A DNA stretch of 64,000 bases from an uncultured Acidobacteriota bacterium (GCA_963820855.1 CAWGBY010000003.1:186033-250032), one strand, 5' to 3'. Counted from the stretch's first letter, positions 13,662-26,248 are shown. The notes: generated by a model from the letters alone, not told the origin. Numbers and translations: made by a program.

Positions 13662-14441
13662 CTACTTTTGCTGCCGCTCCCGCCGGATCATGTCGACGAG
13701 AATCTCCCGCGTGTCTTCCGGAGTGCGGGCCTCCCGCGGAAAAGCGATGCGCAGGCCGCGCATTCCGTCATTCGTCTCGACGCGGACGTGGAATCCCAGA
13801 CGATCGACGGCGGTCATTCGGGCGTCCTGGCCCTCGACGCCACCGAGCCCGCGGGCGAGAAGGAGCATCGCGTCCACATGATCGTCGTTCATGTGATCGA
13901 GGATGCCCGGCCGCCGCGTCGGCGAGCGGATCGGGTTCGGCTTTCGCGTAGTCGGCGGCGTCGACCCATCCCATGACACCGAAGCCGCCGACGAAGTACA
14001 CATCGATGACCTCCAGCTGGAAAGAACGCGAAATCCTTGAAGTCGACCCAGTAGGACGAGTTCGGGTAGCCGGGCGAGATAGCCTTCGCGGACGCTCGTC
14101 GCTGGTGATCTTCGCCACCCGGCCCATCAGCGTCACCCGTCCCGCTCCGAGCGGATCCTCGGCGCGCACCGGCTCCGGTAACGAGGAGACTCGCGCGCGG
14201 ATCCCCGAGGAGGTTCTGCGTGTGCATCGCCATGGTGCTGATGAGGAAGGTGGGATTTCCACGCTCGTCGAGACCGTAGGGCATGACCGAGCCGAAGGGC
14301 CAGTCCGCGTGACGCCGCGAGAGCGTGGAGAGGGCTCCGACGCGACCCACGTGGACCAGGGTGCGAGCTCTCTCGGCGTAGGTCGGCTCCGGGATCTCGG
14401 GTCCCGTGCTCTCGCCGGCGGGCCGCGCGTGTTCTCTTTGG
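13662..14441 (-). CDS. Pyridoxamine-5'-phosphate-oxidase-like / HugZ-like protein with C-terminal DUF2470; frameshifted
   Basis: C-terminal MNDDHVDAMLLLARGLGG...DRLGFHVRV (DUF2470-like). N-terminal split-barrel-like segment LVHVGRVGALSTLSRRHADWPFGSVMPYGLDERGNPTFLIS. Confidence 0.45.
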
Positions 14442-14481
14442 GTCACGAATTCCTCCTGACGCCGCCTGGTGACAAGACGCG

Positions 14482-16639
<2,158 letters not shown>

Positions 16640-16643
<4 letters not shown>

Positions 16644-16900
16644 AAACGGTTACCAACAAAACACGCGCGCCGCTCAAGGTGCCGCTTCCGAGAGGGAAGT
16701 CCCTTCACCTCGGCCCGGGCAAATCCGGCCAGATCCGCGACGAAGACGCCGACCACGCCAGCCTGAAGAAGCTCGTCGAGGCGGCAAGCTCGAGATCGTC
16801 GAGGGCGGCCAGCACGAGGCCAGCGTCACCGGCGGCACGGGAGCTCCCGCACGAGGCAACCCACGGACTCGGAAAGGCGAACTTCAGGCAGAGAAAGGGC
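16640..16900 (+). CDS. Small hypothetical protein; ATG overlaps the Tex stop (ATGA); probably frameshifted
   Basis: ORF 16640..16912: MKTVTNKTRAPLKVPLPRGK... No recognisable domain. Confidence 0.25.
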
Positions 16901-16938
16901 GGCGACCGCTAGGGAAGCGGACCGACCGACCGAGCCCG

Positions 16939-18306
16939 TTAGTGCAGAGTCTCTCCGTCTTCCCGTCGACGCATCGCCAGGTTCTGTAGCGGCACGTCGA
17001 CCGCGTAGTCCCAATCGATGGGTGCGTACCCCCACTTCGGCGCCCCTTCCTCACCCGTGAGGGAAACTGCGTTCTCGGCGTTCCGCGCGCGCAGAGCCTC
17101 GACCGGATTCTCGGGAGCCTTCGGAAGGAGCGGAACCTCGGGAATCAGCGAGCCATGCGGCCAATAGAACGACGCTCGCCCCTCGGCTGAGAGCTCCACG
17201 CGATAGCCGCCATCATGAACGCAGTGATGGTGGTGATGACACAAGTTGACCAGGTTCGAGAGCTTCGTCTCCCCGCCATTCACCCAATGCTCGACGTGAT
17301 GGCCCTGCGTAAAGCGCAGGTTGCAGCCCGGAAACCGGCAGGTGGGATCCCGAGCGTCGAGAGCGCGCCGGATCGCGGGCGGTATCGTCCGCCTCTTCCG
17401 GCCCACATCGAGCACGTTCCCGCTTTCGTCGTGCGTCATCTCGACGACACTCGCATCGCACGCGATGCGCCGGGACGTTTCCGCGGAAACGCCCGCACCC
17501 GGCTCGAGGACCGATTGCCCGGCTGCGGCAGGGTCCCGCAGCACCGCCTGGTCCGCGTGAACGACGACCTGGTAGCGGTCACTCGACTTCCCAGGATCCA
17601 GCCCGCCGGAGAGAGCGCTCTCGGCCACGAGCCGAAGGGCATCCGCCCGCCGCTGCTCGTGAGTCCTCGAAGACGTTTCCGCGGAAACGTCCCCCTCCCG
17701 ATCCTGCTTGAACAGAGCATCCCCGGCCGCCTGTAGCGCCTTCATGAGGACCGCACCGACCTCGGGCGTGAGCCGCCCGCGCACCACCCACATCCCATCC
17801 TCGTCCTGATGCATCGAGAAGGAGCGCTCCTTCTCCTGAAACTTCGCGGTCTCTCGTTCCTGCGCCGGATCGGCCTTCCGCCAGGCGCGAACGATCTGCT
17901 CGACCTGCGACGCCGTTCCCCCGAGAGCGATCTGGAGAAGGGAGTCTTCATTCTCGGGCGTCGCGATGCGCGTGACGGCCCGAACTTTGGAGTAGGAGAT
18001 CTCCGCGCGGCTCACCGCTTCGCTGATGCGAGGAAGTTTCGCGAGAGCCTTGGCCACTCGAACCTTCTCGCGAGCGGCGCCGAGGTCGAGCCCGATGCGC
18101 CATGAGAGCCAGTGAGCGCAGGAACGAGCGCCTTGGTACACCCAGCCGCCGCCCTCGTCGAAGTCGCGGATGAGGCAGAGGAGACGATACTCGGCGGCCT
18201 GGAGATGAGCGGAAAGCTCCGCAATCTCGTCTCCGAGACGTTCTAGAGCGACGAGATTTGGGTCGCGGTAAGGCGCAGGTTCTGAGTCCGAGAATGAGGA
18301 GATCAT
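16939..18306 (-). CDS. DUF222 domain plus HNH endonuclease (13E12-repeat family; typical of Actinobacteria)
   Basis: Intact 455-aa ORF. C-terminal HNH motif RALDARDPTCRFPGCN...HHVEHWVNGGETKLSNLVNLCHHHHHCVH. Lower GC than flanking DNA. Confidence 0.75.
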   Translation of the reverse strand: MISSFSDSEPAPYRDPNLVALERLGDEIAELSAHLQAAEYRLLCLIRDFDEGGGWVYQGARSCAHWLSWRIGLDLGAAREKVRVAKALAKLPRISEAVSRAEISYSKVRAVTRIATPENEDSLLQIALGGTASQVEQIVRAWRKADPAQERETAKFQEKERSFSMHQDEDGMWVVRGRLTPEVGAVLMKALQAAGDALFKQDREGDVSAETSSRTHEQRRADALRLVAESALSGGLDPGKSSDRYQVVVHADQAVLRDPAAAGQSVLEPGAGVSAETSRRIACDASVVEMTHDESGNVLDVGRKRRTIPPAIRRALDARDPTCRFPGCNLRFTQGHHVEHWVNGGETKLSNLVNLCHHHHHCVHDGGYRVELSAEGRASFYWPHGSLIPEVPLLPKAPENPVEALRARNAENAVSLTGEEGAPKWGYAPIDWDYAVDVPLQNLAMRRREDGETLH

Positions 18307-19040
18307 GATGAATAATACAAGAATAAAAAAAGATAATCAAATGAATCCAGTCGGTTAACATGTTTTTGTGCAATTGGTTACAGTTCGGATCGATCGTCCC
18401 GTTTATTCCTGCGAGTCAATATGCGGTAGGCACTAAATTGCCGATATGAAGTGGTACCTTCTTGATAACGCGCAAAATTGTAGCCGTCCGCAAGGGTTCC
18501 CTTGAAGGTTGCAAAATGAAATTTCAAGGGGTTGCGGCCGCTTAAAGGGCTCGCCCTGCCCCCGCTCTCTCAAGCTCTCCAGGAGGCGCGCGCCGTCGGG
18601 CGAGATGAAAGTCTCCCCGCCAGGAGATGTGTTTTTTCTTCTATGACCCCTTTGGCCCCCTGAATCCGAATTAAGGGGTAAGCAGAGGAGACGTGTTTGT
18701 TCCGCATCCATTTCCGGTTTGGGGACGAAGACGCCCGCCGGCTCGGTCAGAGGTGGACGCATGGACATTCAACTCGGCAGGACAGAGGTAGGCTTTGAAG
18801 CGTTTTGCGGCATCGGAGAACTCCAGCCGAACGGAAAGTGGCGCTGATCTGGAGAATGTGCTTGGGGGGGGCGGTCAGAGGAACGCCCCCCGCAGTCGAG
18901 GGAGAGCAGAAAGAGAAACCGACCACCGTCGCCGACATCCTGACTTACGACGTTTCGGGAGGGATTGATGTACTCCGCTCGAAGGGCGACGAATTGATCC
19001 GCGCGCGCACTCGATAGCCGACGTAAAGAAAGGAGGGGAC

Positions 19041-20213
19041 ATGTCCACCACCGATAATCTTCTACGAGCGGTTCGTGAGATTGAGCCGATCATTCGACAG
19101 CACGCCGCCGCGGCCGAGCGCGACCGAAGGCTGGCAGCACCCGTGGCGAACGCGATGCGGGAGGCCGGCCTTTACCGGTTGTGGCGGCCGAAGGCGCTCG
19201 GCGGGTTCGAGGTCAACCCCGTCGCCGCCTTCCGCATCCTCGAGGACGTCGCTCGTATCGACAGTGCGGCAGGTTGGAACCTTCAGCTCTCCACGGCCTT
19301 CGATATGTTCGGCCCGTGGTACGACGACGATGTGGCGAAAGAGATCTTCGGGCCCGACGCGATTCTCGGCGGCGCGTTCAATCCCACGCGAAAGGCCGTC
19401 CCCGTCGATGGAGGTTACCGAGTTTCAGGACGCACCCCCTTCGTGAGTGGCGCTCATCAAGACACGGTCTTTTTCGGATTAGCCAATATCTTCGACGATG
19501 GCAAGATGCGCGTGGGACCCAACGGGATACCCGAGACTCTCATGACGGCCTGTCCGGCGAACGAAGCCGAGATCGTCGACAACTGGAACACCATGGGTAT
19601 GTGCGGGACCGGAAGCCATGACGTGAACATGGAGGATGTCTTTATCCCGCAGAGCCGAGCCGTCCGATGGGTGCCGCTGGAAAAACCGGGGGCTGCCTAC
19701 GAAGGACCCCTCTATCGGCTGACGATCTGGCCAGCAGTAGCCGCCCTCGTACCGCCGGCGATCGGCATCGCACGCGCGGCCATCGAAGAGACCATCGAGG
19801 TCGTCACGAAGAAAGTGCCCGCCTACACAACGAAGACGCTCAAGGACCGAGCCGTCGTTCAATCGCAGCTTGCCCGAGCCGAAGCGAAGCTCGGCGCCGG
19901 TCGAGCCTATTTCTACGACGTGTTCGAGGAAGCCTGGGAAGAAGCGGTGGCGGCTAGACCCATCACGATGGAGCGGAAGGCCAAGATGCAGCTCGCCTCG
20001 ACGTATGCCGTTCTCGCATCCGCGGAAGCGGTGGACCTCATCCACGACATCGTGGGGGCCGCCGGAATTCGCGAAGAATACCCGTTTTCGAAGCATTTCC
20101 GTGACATTCACGTCATCACTCAACACGGCTTCATCAACGCGAGCAAGTTGGAGTCGGTCGGGCAAATCATGCTGGGGCTCGAGCCCGAGTGGCCGTTCTT
20201 CCCGTTCTAGAAG
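19041..20213 (+). CDS. Acyl-CoA-dehydrogenase-fold flavin-dependent monooxygenase (group D oxygenase component, HsaA/C2-HpaH-like)
   Basis: Intact 389-aa ORF with RBS aaggagggg. ACAD-like N-terminal, middle and C-terminal segments but no acyl-CoA motifs. Family assigned by overall similarity pattern only. Confidence 0.55.
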
Positions 20214-20254
20214 AAGCACCATATAATGTCGTGGCGCAAAAAAGGAGGGGTCCA

Positions 20255-21343
20255 ATGGCGACACGGACTGCGGCTCAAATCGATCCAAATGTCCTCCAGG
20301 AGAAAGCGGAAAAGGCCTTCGGCATCCTGACTGGCTTCTTTGCCGCCACGAGTATCAATTTGGGCGACCAGCTCGGGCTGTACTCCGCGATGCGAGACAG
20401 CGGGCCGGTCACCCCGGCTGAGCTCGCCCGGAAGACCGGCTACAAAGAGCGTTGGGTTCGGGAGTGGCTGAGAGGCCAGGCGGCATCGGGCCTGATCACC
20501 TATCGCGGGGACGACAGGTTCGAGATGACGCCGGAAGAGGCGATGGTTCTTGCCGACGACGCCAATCCAGCGTCGATGGTCGGTGCGTTCCGGGGTGTTC
20601 CCCTAGTGACGGGACTGCTCGACCGGATGCCGCAGGCCTTCAAGACCGGGCTAGGCTATTCGTTCGACTCGATGGGGCCTGTCGGGGCAGCGTGGGTGGA
20701 GGCGTTCCTGGGTCCTTGGAACCGTTCGATGCTCGTCGAGGTCGCGCTACCGACGATGGCCGGAGTCGTCGAAAAGCTCGAGAAGGGCGCGAAGGTCGCG
20801 GACGTCGGCACGGGAGCCGCGGTCGCCCTCGTGTCAATGGCGAAGCGTTTCCCCAACAGCGAGTTTCACGGCTACGATAACTCCGGGCACGCGCTGACCA
20901 GAGCCAAAGCGAACGTTCATGAAGGCCGAGCGTCTAATGTCTTCATCCACAACGCGGACGAGGAACCGCTTCCGGAAGATCGCAGCTACGACTTCATTAC
21001 TTGTCTCGATTGTCTTCACGACATGACCCACCCGGAGAAGGCGGCCACAGGAATCTATGCGGCGCTCAAGCCCGACGGCACGTGGTTTATCGTCGACGTC
21101 AACGGTAAGGACTCTTTCGAGGAGAATCTGGCCGAAAGTCCCATCGCGGGGTTCGGCTACACGGCCTCCGTGCTCTGCTGCATGGCGGCCTCCGCCTGTG
21201 TCCTGGATGGCGGTGCCCACGGCACAATGGCGCTCCCGGAATCCAAGATGCGCGAACTCGTCAAGAATGCCGGGTTTACTCGCTTCCGCCGCATCGAGGA
21301 GCTCGAGCACCCGTTCAACGCGTACTACGAAGCAAGACCGTAG
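20255..21343 (+). CDS. SAM-dependent methyltransferase with N-terminal winged-helix dimerisation domain (O-methyltransferase-like)
   Basis: RBS aaggagggg 20243-20250. ADVGTGAAVALVSMAKRFP (motif I) ...YDFITCLDCLHDM...LKPDGTWFIVDV. Confidence 0.65.
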   Translation: MATRTAAQIDPNVLQEKAEKAFGILTGFFAATSINLGDQLGLYSAMRDSGPVTPAELARKTGYKERWVREWLRGQAASGLITYRGDDRFEMTPEEAMVLADDANPASMVGAFRGVPLVTGLLDRMPQAFKTGLGYSFDSMGPVGAAWVEAFLGPWNRSMLVEVALPTMAGVVEKLEKGAKVADVGTGAAVALVSMAKRFPNSEFHGYDNSGHALTRAKANVHEGRASNVFIHNADEEPLPEDRSYDFITCLDCLHDMTHPEKAATGIYAALKPDGTWFIVDVNGKDSFEENLAESPIAGFGYTASVLCCMAASACVLDGGAHGTMALPESKMRELVKNAGFTRFRRIEELEHPFNAYYEARP

Positions 21344-21365
21344 ACTTGACATTTCAGGAGATCCC

Positions 21366-22720
21366 ATGAGCACGGTTGAACAATTGCGGCCACAACTTTG
21401 CGGTGACCTCATAGTTCCCGAGTCGACTGAGTACGATTCGGCACGCCGCATCTGGAACGGGATGATCGACAAGCGGCCCGCCGCTATCATCCGTTGCGCC
21501 GGAGTGGCGGACGTAGTTGCCACTGTCCGGTTCGCCGCCGAAACCAACACGCTGTTGGCCATCCGCGGCGGCGGGCATAACGTCGCTGGGCTCGCGATGT
21601 GTGACGATGGCATAGTCATCGACATGAGCCGTATGAAGGGCGCGCATGTTGATCCCTCGCGGCGTACGGTTCGAGCGCAGGCCGGGATGTGTTGGGGCGA
21701 CTTCGACCGCGAAACGCAACTCTTCGGACTTGCAACGACGGGTGGTCAAGTGTCGACGACCGGAATCTCTGGTCTAACCCTTGGCGGCGGATTCGGCTGG
21801 CTGATGGGCCGGTTCGGTCTTGCGTGCGACAACGTCATTTCGTTTCAGGTTGTCGTTGCGGACGCCTCCGTGCACACAGCGAGCGCCGACGAAGACCCGG
21901 ATCTTTACTGGGCTTTGCGGGGCGGCGGCGGCAACTTCGGCGCGGTTGTGTCATTCGAGTATCAGCTTTATCCGATTACCACAGTTCTAGCAGGTATGCT
22001 CGTTCATCCGCTAGAACGAGCCGGGGAGGCGCTACGCTTTTACCGCGATTACATCGAGAATGTTCCGGACGAACTGGCCGTCTACGCCGCCGTTTTGACA
22101 ACCCCCGACGGTTTCGATGTGCTCGCATTTGTGCCCTGCTATTGCGGCGATAATCTTGATATGGGAGTGCTCTGTTGGAGCCCTTGAGGACATTTGGGCC
22201 ACCGATCGCCGATACGGTGGGTGCGTTACCCTACCTAACGTTGCAACGAATGTTGGACCCGGCGTTGCCTTATGGCGTTCATAGTTACTGGAAATCGAAC
22301 TTTGTCCAAACCTTGAGCGATGACGCGATTGACACGTTTGTGTCGCATGCGCGCTCGCGAACTTCCCCTCGCACGATCTGCACTCTTGAGCACTGCCACG
22401 GCAAGGTTCATCGTGTTGCGCCGGAAGCTACCGCAATGTCGCTCCGAAAGCATCGTTTGGCCATGCATCTACTGGCGGTGTGGGAAGGCGGTGATCCCGA
22501 GCCGCACATTCGGTGGACGCGTCAATTCTGGTCGGCAATGCAGCCATATTCGGCAGGTTCTGTCTACGTGAATTCTCTTGCCATCGATGACAGCGGCCGG
22601 ATCCCAGAAGCCTACGGCCCGAATTACCAAAGGCTCGGTGAGATCAAGACAAAATACGACCCCTCAAACGTTTTTCGCGTGAATCACAATATTCGTCCGA
22701 CTAAATCAACTGCGTCGTAG
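21366..22720 (+). CDS. FAD-linked oxidase of the BBE/PCMH family (FAD_binding_4 plus BBE C-terminal domain); one frameshift near 22170
   Basis: AAIIRCAGVADVVATVRFAAETNTLLAIRGGGHNVAG...LRGGGGNFGAVVSFEYQL, then LEPLRTFGPPIADTVGALPYLTLQRM...YWKSNFV...VNSLAIDD...KYDPSNVFRVNHNI. Confidence 0.75.
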
Positions 22721-22768
22721 CCCTTTGGATCTACGGAGGTCCCGCGCCCCGAGTGTCGTCGATATCGG

Positions 22769-23827
22769 CTAGTGGACTGTAACAGGTGAATCCATAGTGA
22801 TTCGATGGGCCGGATTGCGATGGACCCACTTCACTGGTTTAGGAGCACGGTTGTAGTGACGGATGTAGCGCATGAGTTTTCGTTTGAGGTCGAACAAAGA
22901 AGTGAAGATGCCTCGGGCGATCACATCGCGTTCGATCTTTGCGAACCACAGCTCGACCTGGTTGAGCCATGACGAGTAAGTCGGCGTGTAGTGAAGATGC
23001 AAGTTGGGATGCTCGAGGAGGAACTGTTCGACACGTTTGGTTTTATGCGCCGAGAGGTTATCGCAGATGACGTGGATCTCTTTACGCTTGGGCTGATGAG
23101 CCAGAACGTCGGACAGAAACGCGACGAACTCAGCACTCGTGTGTCGGGTCGCAGTCTTGCCGAGCACTTCGCCGGTCTTGGTGTTGAACGCCGCGTACAG
23201 CGACAGCGTGCCGTGACGGAAGTACTCGAAGCCATGGCGCTCAAGCCGTCCCGGAGAAAGAGGCAGCACTGGGTCGAGCCGGTCCAGAGCCTGAATGGCT
23301 GTCTTCTCGTCGACGCAAAACACCGCGGCATGCGCGGGCGGATCCAGGTACAGCCCAATCACGTCCGCAGCCTTGGTCTCGAAATCCGGATCGTCGGAGG
23401 CCATGTAGCGCTCCATCCGATGCGGCTTCAGACCGTGCTTTGCCCAAATCCGAGCAACCATCATGTGCGAAATACCCAGTGCATTTCCCAGCTTCCGCGT
23501 GCTCCAGTGCGTCGAGCCATCGCTTGGTGCTTTACGCGTCCACGCCAGTACTCGCGCCTCAACCTTTGCCGCATCATCGGCCGGCGCTCGCCCACGATGC
23601 CGAGCGTACAAGCCCGCAAGTCGCTCCTGCTCGAAGCGTGTCTTCCACCGATTGATGTAGTCCGGCGTGCAAGGCAACTGTTCGCTGATCGCCGTCCAGC
23701 TCAGGCCCTGCTCAAGCATGAGCATCAACCGCGCGCGTTTCACTTCCGATGCGGGAGCGCGTCGGGACCGCGTCAGCGACGACAGCACGCGCCGTTCTTC
23801 CGTAGTCAGATTGAGGGCAGGATTCAT
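22769..23827 (-). CDS. IS630-family DDE transposase (intact, 352 aa)
   Basis: N-terminal HTH (SWTAISEQL), DDE region ...FCVDEKTAIQAL...FNTKTGEVLGK...VICDNLSAHKT...YTPTYSSWLNQVELWF. Confidence 0.85.
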   Translation of the reverse strand: MNPALNLTTEERRVLSSLTRSRRAPASEVKRARLMLMLEQGLSWTAISEQLPCTPDYINRWKTRFEQERLAGLYARHRGRAPADDAAKVEARVLAWTRKAPSDGSTHWSTRKLGNALGISHMMVARIWAKHGLKPHRMERYMASDDPDFETKAADVIGLYLDPPAHAAVFCVDEKTAIQALDRLDPVLPLSPGRLERHGFEYFRHGTLSLYAAFNTKTGEVLGKTATRHTSAEFVAFLSDVLAHQPKRKEIHVICDNLSAHKTKRVEQFLLEHPNLHLHYTPTYSSWLNQVELWFAKIERDVIARGIFTSLFDLKRKLMRYIRHYNRAPKPVKWVHRNPAHRITMDSPVTVH

Positions 23828-23868
23828 GCCTCATATAATACTACGGATATCACTGTTACAGTCCACTA
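22770..23868. mobile_element. IS630-family insertion sequence with 14-bp perfect terminal IRs (GTGGACTGTAACAG / CTGTTACAGTCCAC) flanked by a TA target duplication
   Basis: TA at 22770-71 and 23867-68. Left IR 22772-22785, right IR 23853-23866, with an extended imperfect IR ...AGTGAT/ATCACT. The transposase stop codon is formed at the element terminus. Confidence 0.8.
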
Positions 23869-23896
23869 GGTGAGGGCCAGCCGGGCTCGAGTGAGG

Positions 23897-23915
23897 GGGA
23901 CTCCAAAGGAGTCCC
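23897..23915. repeat. Perfect 8-bp-stem hairpin GGGACTCC-aaa-GGAGTCCC just outside the IS630 right end
   Basis: Seen directly in the sequence. No downstream T-tract on either strand. Confidence 0.4.
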
Positions 23916-24001
23916 AGCCAGCTTCGAGGCGAGGGAGGTTGGTGGTTCGAATAATCGCCTGCGTATCAACAACAAAACTTTCAGCTCAGCGATATCCGCA
24001 C

Positions 24002-25226
24002 CTACGGCGCGACTTTCCACAGCGCCAGCGTCGATTCGTCCTTGACGAGAATCCCCGCGGAAGTCGGGACCGGATGGGCCCACGTGGGCGAGTCCGCGAC
24101 GGTGTAGCGCCTCACGGCCGAGAAGCGATCGGCGGCCGCATCGAGAACGAGAAGCTCACCGCCGTTCGTGAGAACGAGCAGGAAGCCGCCCCAGAGCACG
24201 ACCGCTCCGTTGTCTCCCAGCCTCCCTTCACTTTCCCATAGCCTCTGGCCGGTCTTCGGGTCGAGGGCCACGACCTGGCCCTTCTTCTGATTCGAGAATC
24301 CGACCATTCGCTCGCCCACGAGGACCGGAGTGCTCATGTAGAACGTCGTCTCCGACCGCCATAGCTCCTTGGGCGTGCGACGCCATCCTTGCCGAGAGCC
24401 GGCTCGACCGCGAACGTGTCGGAGTCGAGGCCCGAGAACATGAGGCGGTCGCCGTAGGCGATCGGCGTGACGACGTTCTGGTCATAGGGAGTGGTGAACG
24501 GAATTTTCCAGAGGAGCTTCCCGGTGTCGAGCTCGATCGCGACGATATGGGCATCGGTCTGGGTGATGATCTGCTCGCTCTTTCCGAACGTCGCGACGAT
24601 GGGAGACGCGTAGCCGGGACCGTCGCCGCTCCAGCTCCAGATCGGAGCTCCCGTGTCCGGCTCGAGCGCCAGAAACTCGCCCTTACCCGGACCTCCGAGG
24701 TGGATCAGGAGCTTGCCGCCCGCGATGAGCGGCGAGGCGGCGGCTCCATAGAGAGGGGAGGTACTCTGGAAACGCTTGGAGGAATCGGTCCGCCAGAGAA
24801 CCCGGCCGGTCGTCGCGTCGAAGGCGGAGAGCGTCCCCGAGATGCCGAGCGCGAAAAGCTTTCCCGATGCGGCGAGCGGCGTCGATTTGGGGCCTTTTCC
24901 ATGCGACGTGGCCGCGGGGTTCATGGTGTAGGGGGCGTCATAGGGCTGCTCCCAGAGGAGAGCGCCGTCGGTGAGCTTCAGCGCTCGCATCACTTCGCGC
25001 TCGCCTTGCCGCGAGAAGACGTAGACCCGATCGCCCTGGACCACGGGCGAAGAGTGGCCGATTCCTACCTCGATGCTCCACGATTTCGTGAGACTTTGAG
25101 GCCAGCTCCCCGGAGCGGGAATGGAGGCGACCCCGGTGCGGGATGGACCGCGCCACTGAGGCCAATCGCTGGCAAAGGCCCAGTTCGTGACAAAAAGGGC
25201 GACTAGAGATAGTGTGGGTGCCCGCA
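24002..25226 (-). CDS. Secreted PQQ-like beta-propeller repeat protein; frameshift near 24340
   Basis: Signal peptide MRAPTLSLVALFVTNWAFA. Repeated DG.LLW.../DTG.LLW propeller motifs. C-terminal blade continues in ORF 24002..24337. Confidence 0.6.
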
Positions 25227-25269
25227 TGACGTCGTATTTTATCGCACGGCCTCCGCGCGCCCTTCCGGA

Positions 25270-26244
25270 ATGACCCTGGGACTCTTTTTCGCTCTGCTCC
25301 TGATCCTGATGGCGGAGTTCGTCAACGGATGGACCGACGCGCCGAACGCCATCGCTACCGTGGTCTCGACGCGCGTCCTGAAACCACAGCACGCGCTTCT
25401 CATGGCGGCCGCGCTCAATACCGCCGGCGCTTTCGCCGGAACCGCGGTCGCGTACACCATCGGGACCGGGATCGTGAAGCCGGAGATTATCAACTTGACG
25501 ACCGTTTCCGCGGCGATGGTGGGGATCGTGGTCTGGAGCACCATCGCGTGGTATTACGGACTTCCCACGAGCGAGAGCCACGCGCTCGTCGCGGGACTGT
25601 CCGGCGCGGGACTCGCGACATCCGGGCCCACGGTGCTCCTCTGGGAAGGGTGGAGGAAGGTCTTCGTGGGGATCGGCTTCTCGACTCTGCTCGGTTTCGG
25701 CTCGGGACTCCTGCTCATGATCCTGATCTACTGGATCTTCGGACGCCGAACGCCGGGGTACGTGCGAAAGCTCTTCGGACGCCTTCAAATCCTGTCGGCC
25801 GCGATCATGGCCTTCAGCCATGGGAGCAACGACGGCCAGAAGTTCATCGGCGTCTTCACGCTCGCGCTCGTCCTCGGTGGAGTCCTCCCCGAGTTCGTGG
25901 TGCCGTTCTGGGTGATTCTCCTTTGCGCCGCGACCATGGGCATCGGGACCGCGCTCGGCGGATGGCGGATCATCCGCACCATGGGCCTGCGCCTGACCAA
26001 GCTCGAGCCGGTGCACGGCTTCGCCGCGGAGACGGGCGCGGGGCTCACCATCCTCCTCGCGTCCCACTACGGAATTCCCCTCAGCACCACCCACACCATC
26101 AACACCGCCATCATCGGCGTCGGCGCGAGCCGGAGGCTCTCCGCGGTCCGCTGGGGAGTGGTCGGCAGCATCGTCACCGCCTGGGTCCTGACGTTTCCGA
26201 TTTGCGGCGCCATCGCCTATCTGGTGGCGCTCGCCCTGAGCTGA
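25270..26244 (+). CDS. Inorganic phosphate transporter, PiT family
   Basis: GWTDAPNAIATVVSTRVL...AFSHGSNDGQKFIGV...THTINTAIIGVGASRR (PHO4 signature). Confidence 0.85.
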   Translation: MTLGLFFALLLILMAEFVNGWTDAPNAIATVVSTRVLKPQHALLMAAALNTAGAFAGTAVAYTIGTGIVKPEIINLTTVSAAMVGIVVWSTIAWYYGLPTSESHALVAGLSGAGLATSGPTVLLWEGWRKVFVGIGFSTLLGFGSGLLLMILIYWIFGRRTPGYVRKLFGRLQILSAAIMAFSHGSNDGQKFIGVFTLALVLGGVLPEFVVPFWVILLCAATMGIGTALGGWRIIRTMGLRLTKLEPVHGFAAETGAGLTILLASHYGIPLSTTHTINTAIIGVGASRRLSAVRWGVVGSIVTAWVLTFPICGAIAYLVALALS

Positions 26245-26248
26245 ATCC

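Noticed and set aside
18805-19017. 70-codon ORF upstream of the monooxygenase, considered as a RiPP precursor peptide
   Set aside because: No leader/core features and no Cys/Ser/Thr-rich core. It spans a G9 homopolymer where its frame is unreliable. Only coincidental proximity to the tailoring enzymes.
23940-23960. tRNA-like GGTTCGAAT (T-loop-like) motif next to the IS630 end, considered as a tRNA-derived island attachment site
   Set aside because: No complementary T-stem (no CCACC partner), no acceptor-stem pairing, no CCA context. The isolated 9-mer is insufficient.
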